Source: Paragordius varius (lineage: Eukaryota > Animalia > Nematomorpha). Taken from it: a DNA stretch of 64,000 bases. Made by a program: the position numbers and the translations under genes. The notes below the pieces were generated by a model. The model did no database searches and had not been told where the DNA came from. It saw only the letters and a list, made by a program, of their open reading frames with translations. The number at the start of each line of letters is the position of its first letter. Within the stretch, counting starts at the first letter, position 1. Shown one piece after another: positions 12,561 through 25,500 of this stretch. Location: positions 4,278,001 through 4,342,000 of the forward strand of contig OZ176055.1 in the NCBI GenBank assembly GCA_964247055.1. Reading direction: 5' to 3'.

Positions 12561-15500
12561 ATGGAAATTTCATCCGATGAAATCTGTGATACAGAAAAGC
12601 AATCAGCCCATTATAAATCTTGGCAATTGGCATTATCATCATGTACAGGAGCTATAATCACATCTTTATTGGGTATATTTTGCATGATTATTAAATAGTT
12701 ACACCGTTAGATGTTATTAAAGTTAGACTTCAATCGCAATCTAAACAAAATTCATTTTGTGATAAAAATATTAATGCACAAACCAATACTTATTCATATA
12801 AAAATGGTTTTTATGGTGTTTATAAATATTAGTTACCCCGTTTGATGTGATTAAAACGCGTTTACAGGCACAAACTAAACCTATAGGGAAAGGACAATGC
12901 TTTTTGTATTGCAATGGTTTATGGGATCATTTGTGTTATTGCGTAGAAAATGGTATTGAAATTCCAACACATCAAAAAAATGGTGCATACACTGATTACA
13001 ACATAAACCAACATTTTAAAACAACCCAAGCTTGGTATAACAGACCAAGTCACTTTAATGGAACATGGGTATTGTATGCTTATAAATGGTTATATTTGCA
13101 AGGCTATAAACTATTTTATAAAAATTGAAAACAAATTTGGCATTAAAAGTTTTGGTTAGAATTTTTTACATTTTCGTTAAATTACTAAATATTTATATCT
13201 TCTAAAAAAAGTTCAAGTATATGCAAGAACGTTTAAACCGCTATGAAATACCCAAAGTTTTAATAGTGTGACCAAAAGATTAATTATGCATTTTGTTTTG
13301 TAGGATGCTCTACTTAAAATTGTTCGGAACGAAGGTCCGAAGTCTTTATGGAGTGGCTTATCCCCGACTCTTGTTATGGCCGTCCCAGCAACCATGATAT
13401 ATTTCACAGCATACGATGAAATAAAATATGGATTAGGTTACAAAGAATCAAATTCACATTTATTCAAACAATCAAAAATCAACACACAAACTCCATCTAA
13501 AAATGGAAATAATCTAGAAATATCTTCTTACAATAATGCATTTCAACTAATTAATAACGATATTATCGATACCAATTATCATAAAAATAATAGCGGAACC
13601 CTTCAATTAAACCATATAATAGCAGATAATATATCTTGTACAACAAATTCGATAAATACGAATCCGTTTGTTGACTCAAATTTGTATCAACGGAGTATTC
13701 CCCTTATAGCTGGTTCATTAGCGCGAAGTAATGTACATTTCATATTATTTTCCTACATTTCAAATGTTTGATATTATAATGTTTTTATATTAATTTTTTA
13801 ACCAAACCTGACAAAAATTATCATTTAATTGTTGGATAATCAAATTTAATTAATTTTTGTTTTTGAGTAATACAACTTTAGCCATAAAATTGTAAAAAAA
13901 ATACTAATATAACCTAAGTAAAAAACAATGAAGCATCATCTATGGTTTGGTTATGAATGCGATGACCATTAACATCCCCACTATAAATAAAATTAGCCAA
14001 TATATATGTTTATCGGTATAAAAACCTAAATTTTTAATGTAAAAAAAGGTATTTATTAATTTAACAACGTTTGTTTACTCATTGTTATATCTATTATTCA
14101 AGCTTTTATACCTTATTTTAGTTAGTTTCGTTTTGTTTTATTTAGTTACAACATACATTTGCTTTTTTCTGTGACTATAAATAACTGCATTAATAAGCGG
14201 TCAGATCGGTTTCATATATTGCCTGGTTAAAATCTTAACCTTAATGATCATTTTATATTTTTATTTTGTAATAAAATATGTTTTTTAATTTAGTTGGTGC
14301 TGTTACAGTGATTAGCCCATTGGAATTAATAAGGACCAAAGTGCAATCAACTCAAATTAAATATTTCGGTATATTTTTGCACTTTTTATTGATATATCAC
14401 ATTCCAGTCATTATTATAAAAAATGTTAGACGTAATGCGCTACATATGTTTTTTTGTAGATATATTACGAATTCTTCGAACCGAAATAGGTCAAAATGGT
14501 TTATCTTCTTTATGGAAAGGATGGATGCCTACTATATTAAGGGATGTCCCATTTTCAGGTTTATAATCTAAATGACTAACATTTATAATGAAAGTTAAAA
14601 TAAACGGTTGTTTTATTGATTTTTTTAATGGTAGGATTTGGCAATTTTTATTGTTTAAACTGTATTTTTTCGTTTTTATTTTGATTCTGATATGTCCTGC
14701 ATTAACCACATATTTTTTTTTTGGGAATATCGTTACTTTAAGATTTTCTTGATAAATGGTATGATGGGAATATTTAACACTTGGATACAATACATTCGTT
14801 TTAGTCCTCCTATTCAAACGGAGACTTTAAGGATTTCAGGCTTGTTTAATATCAAATATTTTCCATAATTATGGGACAGAAACCATTTCAAAAGTTTGCA
14901 CTTATATAACATTGATGCACCAAAATATATATAAGGATTCACTTAAAAAAAACTTTATATTACTTATTTGATGGATAAATCCCAAGGTAAAATTTTGGCC
15001 AACATGACATGTGTACATTAGTTAAATATAATAATGCAAAAAAAACCATTTTTCTGTTAATATCAATGTTAGTTGTGATATAAATGAAAATCTTTAATTT
15101 CGCGTCAATATCAAATAAATATGATTTTTGCAAAAATGTTGTAAAATAAAAATGGCGTTGAAGCAGTTCGATCCGAAACTTTTCTCAAAACTAAATTTTA
15201 TTTATGTGTTTTGAACTGTTTATATTTTTACTATAATAGAAGCATAACTTTAAATTGGAACCGTTTCTTTTAGTAGTTTTAACATATTTAGTCTGGGGAC
15301 CCTAGATACCGAATCGTGTTAATATGGCACATTTTGTTTGCATTTTTAGAATTAACTCTATATATTATTCTATTCTAGCCATATATTGGTTAAATTATGA
15401 ATTCCTCAAATCTCACTTAATATCTTCTCATACTTCCACACAATCACACATTGCCACTTCGTTTGTCATGGGAACCATATCCGGAACGGTATTGAATCAA

Positions 15501-16402
15501 ATAATCTTTTTTAGCGGATTACTTTATAAAGAAATTAAAAATTTAGAGTTTGAACATTATAGTAGAGTTTTGCCAAAATTTGAGCTATTCTCTATTTGCT
15601 TTTATTATTTCTATTAGATTAATTTTTAATAATAAATCAATTTTTATTCTTTGAGAGCAATCTATTTATAAAACAACGAAGGCGTGATGATACAGTAGGT
15701 AGGGCGCCGGACTCTAACACTACGTGCCAGAGTTCGAACCCCGAAAGTACGCCATTTTTCCATCATCACTGTCAATCCTGGGCAGGCGAATGTTATAGCC
15801 TTCACATGTCCGAATACATTTTAAGTCGTTACCTTTTTTGCTTTGATTAATTTTTAACTAGAATTTTTTTATATAATAAACGCCTTAAATTAGTTTGTAT
15901 TGTAGTTCATAAGTAAAAATAGCGTTCAATATGTGTTTTTCTAAGTTTCAATTATTTTATTTAATCAAAACTTTAGATTGCGGCATTTATAACTACCCCA
16001 TTTGACGTTGTTAAAACGCATCGTCAAATTGAAATTGGAACGAAATTTGCTCAAACCACACCTCTCAATGGTAAAAAGAATCAAAATAACAAAACTTTTC
16101 AACTTATTCGAACATTGTATCGTACCCAAGGTTTATCTGGACTTTATACAGGTTTATTACCACTTGTTTCTAGAATTGTATATGGTTTCTAAAAAAATTC
16201 ATTAACTTAACATTATATTATATGGTGACTTTATTAGTTTTATATATATTCAAATAAAAGCATATATTTTTGTAATAAAAAATCTATATATAATTATATA
16301 TATGTAGGTGTTATTCCACGAATTATTAAAGTTGCCCCAGCCTGTGCCATCATGATAAGCACTTATGAATATGGAAAAATCTTTTTTGGATCTCGCCTTT
16401 AA
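12561..16402 (+). CDS. SLC25A40: Mitochondrial carrier SLC25A39/40 family (glutathione importer-like); canonical isoform exons 12561-12672, 12833-13068, 13304-13727, 14294-14368, 14460-14558, 15379-15488, 15977-16151, 16308-16402 (441 aa)
   Basis: [134 protein letters not shown]: three carrier repeats plus 39/40-specific motifs. Frame is preserved across all GT-AG junctions. The 39 vs 40 assignment is not resolvable. Confidence 0.93.
12699..12817 (+). CDS. Duplicated alternative exon 2a of the SLC25A39/40 gene ([40 protein letters not shown])
   Basis: Preceded by a tag acceptor (12698) in the same phase (1) as exon 2b; encodes an intact Px[DE]xx[KR]xR signature; candidate donors at 12807 (phase 1) and 12818 (phase 0). 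Confidence 0.7.
14778..15318 (+). mobile_element. piggyBac-like MITE (family A), copy 2, in an SLC25A39/40 intron
   Basis: TTAA flanks at 14774-77 and 15319-22; CACTTGGATAC left end; internal similarity to 4047-4615. Confidence 0.7.
15681..15830 (+). mobile_element. tRNA-derived SINE in an SLC25A39/40 intron
   Basis: 74-nt tRNA-length head GGCGTGATGATACAGTAGGTAGGGCG...GAGTTCGAACCCCGAAAGTACGCCA with A/B-box-like motifs but broken D, anticodon and T stems; the tail is shared with the 3502 copy. Confidence 0.6.
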
Positions 16403-16811
16403 TATTTTTATATATAGGAAATCCATACGTAATGTGTTGAGTCTTATGTGTATTATCACCGGTCACTTATTCAATGAAATTGTGATAGATTAAAATATTT
16501 CATAATAAAGCTATTTTAACTTTTGGGGGATTTCTATCTATATACTGTAAAATTTTTAATTATACAAACAACGTAAAAACTAAATATTTTTTTTAAAACT
16601 GCTTTACTTTTTTAACCTTAATTTTTAAAAATAACTATTGTTTTGAACTTCAAAGTATGAAATAGAGATGTACTGGTAACAATCAAATTTCTAATTAAAT
16701 AAAATTATAGCTAATAAGGTTTAAAAAAGTGTGGTAGTCTTTTAAAAAATATTCCTCCCTAAATGCAATTATCACTGTAAACCCTTGTTCATTCTATCCT
16801 TAAAATTTTCG

Positions 16812-17871
16812 TACGATATATTACGCATCAAAAAGATCTTTGAAAAAGACAGCGTATTTAACTCATCTTTGGTTATTCGGAAAATATGAACATCAACTCT
16901 ATGTCCTTTTATTTGCTTTAATCATGTTGCCATAAATATAAAAAATCATTAATAAATTTAATTCACATCGAGTCTGCACCAAAGATATTATGTATGTGTT
17001 TTATTGCGTGGAGCAGGAGATTGCGACAACCGCGCAATCTTAATAATATACCAGGTGTAACCATGTGATTTATTACCGGTTTAACTAAGAGAAGATGTGA
17101 GCGAAAGGTAGGCTGACGATTAATTTGATACACTATTTTGTTCATCTGCGTAGACGATCAAGTTGATTCTAAGGCAAAATGAATAATAAATCGAAATGTG
17201 ACCCGTAAAATCGTGCTTTAACGTCACGAAAGAAAAACATTTTTTAACAAATTGCGACAAATGATGAGAAGTGGGTTTGTTTTGTAACTATGCGGGAATC
17301 ATGGCTTTCACTTTGTTAAGCCGGTTCATCAACACCAAGGTCAACTTGCTGCAAGAAGAAGACCATGCTCGGTGTCTAGTGGAACCAAAGCGGTATTGTC
17401 CATCATAAACTTTTGAAACCTTGTGAATAATATACAACGTTATCTCCAAAAATGATAACTTTAAACCATACATGATCCGAAAAACAACCGGAATGGATTA
17501 GGAGTCATGGTTTTGTATCGTGACAATGTTCTGTCTCACAAAGCGAAACCAGTGAAAGACACTTTAAAATGGCTTCGATGGGTATATCTTCCGCATCCGC
17601 TGTTCTGTCTCTACCTGGTGCCCTGACTATTACCGTTTTAATGCGGCAGCTCACAGAGCAGCACCTTCATAATTTCGAAGAATTCGTAAAATGGCTTGAC
17701 AAACGGTTTACCCCAAAAGACAATCCGAATTTTTAGCAAAGCATTCATATATTACATAAGAGATGGGTGAAATTTGTAGGAGCTGATAAACATAATTTTG
17801 AATAAATAAATAATTCATTCATTGCATTTTTTAGAAAAAAAATCGGTAAAATTTTTTTACTATGCCTCGTA
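16812..17871 (+). mobile_element. Mariner (Mos1-like, DD34D-type) transposon relic with stops and frameshifts
   Basis: Remnants IATNDEKWVCFV, KKTMLGV*WNQSGIVHHKLLKP, VLYRDNVLSHKAKPVKDTLKWLRWVYLPHP, QHLHNFEEFVKWLD, IHILHKRWVKFV match the mariner catalytic domain. Ends are approximate (tacga...tcgta). Confidence 0.88.
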
Positions 17872-17923
17872 CAATTTACGATCTAAACAATAAATCTACA
17901 TAGTGCACATAAAAATTACATGA

Positions 17924-17956
<33 letters not shown>

Positions 17957-18384
17957 AAGGAAAATATATCAGGATTATAATGCTTTTGGTTTTGGTCTAC
18001 CAGTGGTTAAAGATAGTTATTTACATTTTTATTGTATTTTCTCCATATCAGAAAATGGCAAAATTTGCGCAGATTTTGTAAAATAAATTATTTTAGATAT
18101 AAGCTAATTGCCTTATTCATAAAAAGAATACTAAAAATATTATAAACTACATATAAAAAAATTCAAGCGTGGCCTCTGAAAATATCAAATTTTTGACCTG
18201 TATAAAATGGGCCAGTTCACTCATAAAGTGGGCAAGATTTAGCATATAATATATGTAATCATGATGGCATAAATAAAAGTTTTTCCCGAAAAAATGGATG
18301 TTTTAACTTAACTGTATCAAAATATTGTGATTTTTATGGTATTTTGAAGCATGGTTGCAATGTAAAAACACTTAAAGTATTGGG

Positions 18385-18575
18385 TAAAATAATTTTGACT
18401 TGACTTGCGTGTTTTTCAAAAGTTTGCTTTCATGTGATAAAAATTGAATATTAAGGGTGATAAGTCAAAGAATTGATTCGGGGGTGAAAAAAAATCATAT
18501 AAGCAAGTAAAACTTGAAGATTTGGCAAGTATGGTGTAGGGCACACTTGACAGATTAAAAATTAGGATGAAATTT
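18385..18575 (+). repeat. Unclassified dispersed repeat (family H); other copies at ~34270-34455 (+) and ~38895-39080 (-)
   Basis: Shared string gacttg...catgtgataaaaa...aatcatat...ggtgtagggcacacttgac at three loci. Confidence 0.7.
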
Positions 18576-19444
18576 TTTTGGAAACGATTGTGTATATAAT
18601 ATATGTTTTATATCTAATTAAAAAAGATGCCTGTAAAAGTATCCTAAATTAATCGATTTCAGAAACCCTCAAAAAACATTCGCTAAAATCACAGTGAATG
18701 TGTTTTTAATAATCAAAAAAATCATGTGAACTTTTTTGTTACTAATAGTGTGATTATTTGTTAATTTTATTATAAGGAATTCGATATATTAATAACTGTA
18801 ACCCCTACCGTTCAAATTTGAAAATTTGCTCGCTATTCCTTTATAAACAAAAAATAATTTATACTAATTGCAACAACACATACCGAAACAATATAATTAG
18901 TAATTAATTCTTCGCTTGTTTAATTAGCGAATTTTATTATGGAGAATTACTATTATTATAAATAAAATATATATCTTAACAGATCGCGATAGGTTAAATG
19001 AAATAAATTTTATCACACCACCCGATGTGTGATAGTGAGCGTGATAAAGCCAAAAAATCCTGTTGCTTCCAATTTTAAGATTTTTTAATGCACCTTATTA
19101 AAAGACTTTAGAAAAAGTATAAACTCATTCCATTCATTTGAACATGGCATTTAAGTTGTTGTAGTTCTGTATAAGGCAGATTTAAGTTAGTTATTAAATG
19201 AAATGAAAAACATATTTATTTGATGCAGTCAATTATCAAAGGAAATCACAACAAGATCGGAAGAATAGATTGAAGCATAATTTAAAACAAATACAACAAA
19301 AATACCACACTTAACATAATCCAGCAACACTGTTAAGGGTTAATTATCATACCGTTGGTCGTTTCACGTTACCTCTACATATATTATCTTGGTTTTGAAT
19401 GCAAATATTTTACGTACGTTAAATCTATATATATATATATATAT

Positions 19445-20019
19445 CATTTGCACTTCAAGAGTGTCCTTGAACACTTCAAGTTGGTCCTTGAACATTTCAA
19501 GTTGGTCCTTTGACTTTTTTGTTTTGTTTTTAACTTTTATCTATCAAATCGTAAATAATTCATCTATTTTATAGTTTTTAACCTATTTTCTATTATTTAA
19601 CATAAATTTTAAATCGACATCAACTTTTATTCTTTGAGAAACCGTGTATCTTTATTAATTTCTTAAAATAATTTTAGATATTTATAAAATTTACACGAAA
19701 TGAAAAAATATAGAAGTTTTCTGGGTTATTAATTAAAATTTTTCATTAAAAACATTTAAAAGTCAATAATTTTGTCCAATTAAAAAAATAATTTAAAACA
19801 AAAAAGTGGTTTTTAAATAAAAATTTTTATTTTTAAATGAATAAATATATAATAAATAAAGAAAATTAGGTTAAATAATAATAAAATAAAAAAATAAATG
19901 CAGAAATTATGGTTAAATCAAAATTTATAAATTTTAAGGACCAACTTGAACTGTTCAAGGACCAACCTGAATTGTTTAAGGACCAACTTGAACTAGTCAA
20001 GGACACTGAAGTGCAAATG
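19445..20019. mobile_element. Foldback-type MITE with ~21-bp subterminal tandem repeats
   Basis: Termini CATTTGCACTT / AAGTGCAAATG inside TA runs; repeated ttcaagttggtccttgaac units mirrored by aaggaccaacttgaa units. Confidence 0.75.
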
Positions 20020-20109
20020 GTATATATATTACCTTATGGTTAGTACAAATGATTTTACTCGATATGCAGGCTATATTCAAATGAGATATATATATATTAT
20101 TATATATTA

Positions 20110-20682
20110 CACTTCGATTCAAATTGGGCTATCTAAATACCCCACACTATATTTAAGTTTAAATTTTTAAACTACTGAAAGAAACGATCTCATTTTAAAT
20201 TTATGCTTCAATCCTAAACAAAATTATATAAATAAGCCGAATTATCCAAATAAAATTTGGTTTTGAGAAAAAAGCGCCATATCAAACTACTTGGACGCCA
20301 TTTTTATTTTACAATATTTTTGCAAACTATCGTCTTTATATAATTTTAAGGGTAAAATCAAAGCTAATTTTTGATTTAAAATACATCTAACATTGATAGA
20401 AACAGGAAAAGTGGTTTTTGTACTATTTTTAAATTTAGCTAATGCACTCATGTCATGTTGACTAAATTTTTACCTTGAGGTTTTACCTAAAAATAAGTAA
20501 TAACTAGCATTTTCGATTAAAATTTTTTATATACTTCGGTTCATTAATGTTATATGAGTGCAAATTTTCGCCAGGGTTTCAATTTATTCCATATTTTTTG
20601 AATTATTTAATTTTCAGGCCTGGGGTATCCATCTACCCCAATTTAAATCGAAGGACTGAAATGATTGTGTTGTATCCAAGTG
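20110..20682 (-). mobile_element. piggyBac-like MITE (family A), copy 3
   Basis: Reverse-complement match to 4047-4615; ends gtatccaagtg|ttaa. Confidence 0.75.
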
Positions 20683-20764
20683 TTAATTTATACACAAAAC
20701 ATTTCCCTCTGCACTTATTTTATTATATTTAATAAATTACTTAAGTACAACCTATAAATAACTC

Positions 20765-22140
20765 AAGCAGAAATTGAGTCTCTTTCTAATCTTCCTAACA
20801 ACGAAACCCCATGGATAGACGGCATCCCGGGAGAAGTCCCAAAACATGTACCAACTGACATCATAACCACGTTATGCCAAACGATTTGGATGAATTGCGA
20901 ATGGCCAAAAGACTGGACTAAATCAATCTTCTTACAAATATATAACAAAGGCCAAGAAAATGATTGCAATAGTTACAGAAAATATCGCTCATACCTCACA
21001 TAAGCTTAATTCATAAAAATTCAATGAAGATGGAGAATCGGTCCATAACTCCATATCTAATAAACATGGTTTTAGACGCAACAGAAGTTGTGGGGACAAC
21101 ATCTCTAACATAAGAAAGACACACAATAGAACAAACATATGATTACAGCAAGAATTTTTATCTGTTTCTTGGACTACTTCTAGGCATTAAATAGAGTGAA
21201 CTATGGAAAACTTTGGGAACCACTAATAAAGGGGAATTTCCTTTACACATTAAACTATTTAACAATCTCTACATAAATCAAAAAGCAGTTATATTAACTT
21301 CAGCATGCACCAGCCAAACAATAAATTACTTGTAAAACAACTTTTAACAAATGCCACACAAATTAAAAAAAAATCTTAATATTAATTTTTATGAATTAAT
21401 GGGAGTCAGACAAGGATGTGCATTATTACCTATGTTATTAAACTTATATTCAGAAACATTATGAAAGTAATAAAAAATAACTCAACAGGCATTAAAATAG
21501 AAGGCTAGACCATCAATAACTTGTACCAAAACATTTCCTCAAGAAAGCGCTGTACCTGACAAACATAACCGATTTATCACTAGAACTGGGGAGGGGGGAA
21601 TTGCTCAGAGCAACATAACTCACCTCATAGCAACTATTTCTATAAATGGCACCTCTACAACCGACATTACCAGGAGTGTTGAAATGGCAAATAAGGGAAA
21701 ATTTAAACTTAAATCCATTTCAAAAAGAAAAAAATCCCGAATTCATCAAAAAGCGTGTAATATCAATAATTTTTCCAGTAATCTGCTGTGAGTCCTTGAT
21801 CCTTGCAAACGATTGCAACAAATTAAAAGCTTTCGAGTTATGGACCTATAGATATATGCTCGGCATACAATGAGAACAAAAAATAAATAAAATTCTAGAA
21901 CACATTTAACCCAAACAGACCCTACTTCAAATAATTCATACCTGGCAACATTGATTTTTCGGAGATATGATAAGAGTCGATAACTGGAAAAAGATTATGT
22001 TAGGTCGGTTAAAAAGGCTAGAAAAGGTCAAAGCTTAAGATACGATACTTAGATCAGATTAAAAAAATTAAAACATAATTAATTCATGAACTTGCACAGA
22101 TACCTGACAACAGAATGCTATGATCCAAGCTGCGACTCCC
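20765..22140 (+). mobile_element. RTE-clade LINE reverse transcriptase relic
   Basis: Remnants PWIDGIPGE..LCQTIW...WPKDWTKSIF..KG..DCNSYR, HGFRRNRS, GVRQGCALLPMLLNLYSE, IFPVICCES..KLKAFELWTYRYML; many stops and frameshifts. Confidence 0.85.
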
Positions 22141-22349
22141 CCTCAACTGCCCCTTGTATCCAAAAGGGATAATCATCATTATTATTTAATTATGAAACAA
22201 TACTATAGTATAAGATTTAACATGCTTTTATTTCTATAAATACTATAACTTTAATAAATATTTTTGTATATTAATATACGCAATCACTAATGCTTGCGTT
22301 AAACCTGAATTTGTCTATATTTCTAATAAAAGTGTACACATAGCTTCTA

Positions 22350-22351
<2 letters not shown>

Positions 22352-22408
<57 letters not shown>
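22352..22408. repeat. (TA)n microsatellite ~125 bp upstream of the FBXO start
   Basis: Direct reading. Confidence 0.95.
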
Positions 22409-22417
<9 letters not shown>

Positions 22418-22532
22418 ATAAAATAAAGAAGTCAACGATCCTACATTATTACAAAATATATTAAAATATCAATATGATTGCACAGCATGCAGAATATCAT
22501 ATTTTTATAAAAATAATTCGGCATAATACAAA

Positions 22533-25500
22533 ATGCCATTTGTTGGAAAAGATTGGCGATCTCCTGGTATGACCTGGATTAAGGGCGATAAAGGGTGGGA
22601 AGAATATAAATTACACGCTAAATACAGGTTAACTTTAATTATCAATATTAGAAATTCGCGAACAAAGCTAAATAAACATTTTCGACACTCTCTTTCACCA
22701 TTAGGATTTGAACCCAACGTTCAAAACTTTTTCCCCGATCCTATATATCGTTCCCATAATTATTTTGAGGATCCTTATGAATTGGCTTTAAATAGACCTA
22801 AAAGTTTAGCATCTTTATCATCTGAAATAGATGAAAACACTGATCCTAGTCATCATCTAAAAACTACTACTAATAATGAAATATACAAAAATTATATTAT
22901 TGGTAAAACTGTTTTTATATATAAATTACATATTATATCCACTTATTTTTTTGCCTAATATGTAACAAAGAATTCTTTTTTGTGTTTATAAACTGCATAT
23001 GCAATCAGGGATTAAAATAATCCCTAGAATCTAAATAATTTTTTAGCTGGTAATAAACTATATATTTAGAAATAAGGCGTTTTTACAAAATAAATATAAA
23101 GTATATTAAAATAGTATTTTAAACGATGTAAATAATTTTATTTAACAACATTTGATTTGCTTTACATATAATGATCAATTTGAAGGCGTGTTAATTAAAT
23201 TAATATTATATCATCAATTGCGAATTGTGTTATGGTAACATGCCAAAAAGGGATTAAAGTTACAAATTATAAGTTGTCGATTTTAAATTATATAATATTT
23301 TTGTTAAAATACTGTTTCTTACCAAATAAGTTAATGTAATAAGGTTTAGCATATATTTTATCATCTTACATTTTATATTATATTATTCTTAAAAATAATT
23401 ATATCAATTATTTATAAATTAAAACTTCTCAAATCTAAAAGCCCCTTATAATTAAATTTTTATTGTTTAATGATTGAAAAGTTTGGATGTATTGGCCAAT
23501 TATTATAAAATAATAATTTTTTTCCTTGTTTTGGATATTTTAGTTAATTCAACTTAACAAGGAGCTAACCCTTTAGATAGCTCTACGCCATAAGGTCCTT
23601 TAATAATATTGTTTAATTTTTATATCATTTCTAAATTTAGAATCCAGTCCTTCCACCGAGATCTGCTTTAAACCATCTGTTTTTAACGGAACTCTGAGAT
23701 ACAGTTCACCCCGTGGATTCGCTAGTTTAAAGGAAGCACTTATTAAATTAGATTTTATTTCTGCCGTTTCGGATCTAAAGAGATACAGCTTTGTATACAA
23801 AGTATTATTATATATTTTTATAAAATATATTTGAAATGTAAATTAATTTTAAGAAAGTCAGAAGAATGTTTGTTGGTTCCGTGTGCGTTATATACTGATA
23901 AACTATGAAATTACTAGGTCACATATTTTTGTGATATAAAGGTTTCCGTTCTATCTTTTCTCCCTAATGAAATAAACTATTGGTCTTTACTGTAAAAATC
24001 TTAAATTACAATGACAAATATGATTAAAAACAAATAACCATAATTTAATGCCTTTTTTTATAGAACTTATGGTTTTGGGCAGGTATTGAAACCGTTTTGG
24101 TGGAACCGGAATCGTTTGCTTTTTTTCGGAACCGTTTTGAAACCATCTATTTTTTCCAAAAACGGTTTCATTTTTTTTCAACTATTTTAATCGTTTTTAG
24201 TTAGTTTTCCTATGACATATTCAAAATGAAAATAAACTGATTTTTATAATTTTTAAAGAATAGTTGCACTATTATAATATTATAGTTATTATAACGAATT
24301 TATGAAGTGTACTATTTGTGAATTAGTACTTACAGCCAGAAATTTTTGCCAAAATATTAATAGAGCCGGAACCAAATTTTTGGGAAAAATCCCAGAACCG
24401 GAACCATTGTGCTCAGAACCGTTTTTAAAAACGGTTTTTGTATAGAACCGGTTTTAATCCCTGGTTTTGGGTATATGGATGTAAATTGGTCTCACATATA
24501 TAATATATTTCGAACATAAAATTATAATTCTATATGAAAGGATTTAAAAAAATATGGCTGTTTTTTTTAAAAAAATGTTTTTCTGTAAGTTTTTATTAAA
24601 TCATACAACTAAAATTTACAATTGAAATTTAAATTCATTCTGATAATAAATTATGTTTTTTCCGGCTAATTATCACTCATCATTAATGTAAAATATTTCT
24701 TTACGGCATAGTTTAATATTTCAGTATTATTTTAATTTTATACGAAATTTCATTTTTAAAAATATTAAAAAATATAGGTAGTTTTCATATAATAAAAACA
24801 CAATTTACTTTAGGGTGTATATAAATTGTTCAAGGGTGTATTTTAATTGCTCGAGGGTGAATTTTTTAAGGGTTATTTTGGATTGTGAATTTGATTTGTT
24901 CGTTTGTGATTATGAATTCCCAAGGGTAAATTGTGTTTAAATATAAATTTAAGGTGTAAATGGTATATTTTTAACAACAGGTGATCAGCTTGCTTGCCCG
25001 TGAACGCTTATCATGCCTGAGTGGAAATGGTCAAAGAGCTGTTTTCGCCCTTGCAGATCGTATTATACGGCATAATTGTGAACAAAATTCGAATTCCTCT
25101 CATGTTCGAACCCTAATTAATGATTTTGGTCGTGCCATTTATCATGAATGTACGTATGGGAGGGGCATTGGGTCCCCACAACTTTGGAAAAATCATCAAA
25201 AACTGCTGACTGATTGGATTAAATTGGCAAAACGAAATAATATTGATCTTTTGAACCTCTTCTCCGCTACTGACGACCTGGAGAATTGGGAAAAGAATAA
25301 AAGCATAAATAATGGGGAAATTGTTATAATTGACGCTTATAAAAGTCTTTTGCATCCAGCTCATAAAAACGAAAATACTGGTAAGTTTATTAATGAGGTT
25401 TGTTTTTTTGACCAGTGTGAATAACCGGTCGGACCGCTTATGAAGACATTCATATATAATATTACCGTCAATTTTTACTTTTAACCATATATACTAAAAA

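Noticed and set aside
15707-15723. Apparent amber-suppressor tRNA (CTA in the anticodon position)
   Set aside because: The anticodon stem (CCGGA/ACTAC), D stem and T stem do not pair; the sequence continues into a tail shared with another copy, so it is a SINE head.
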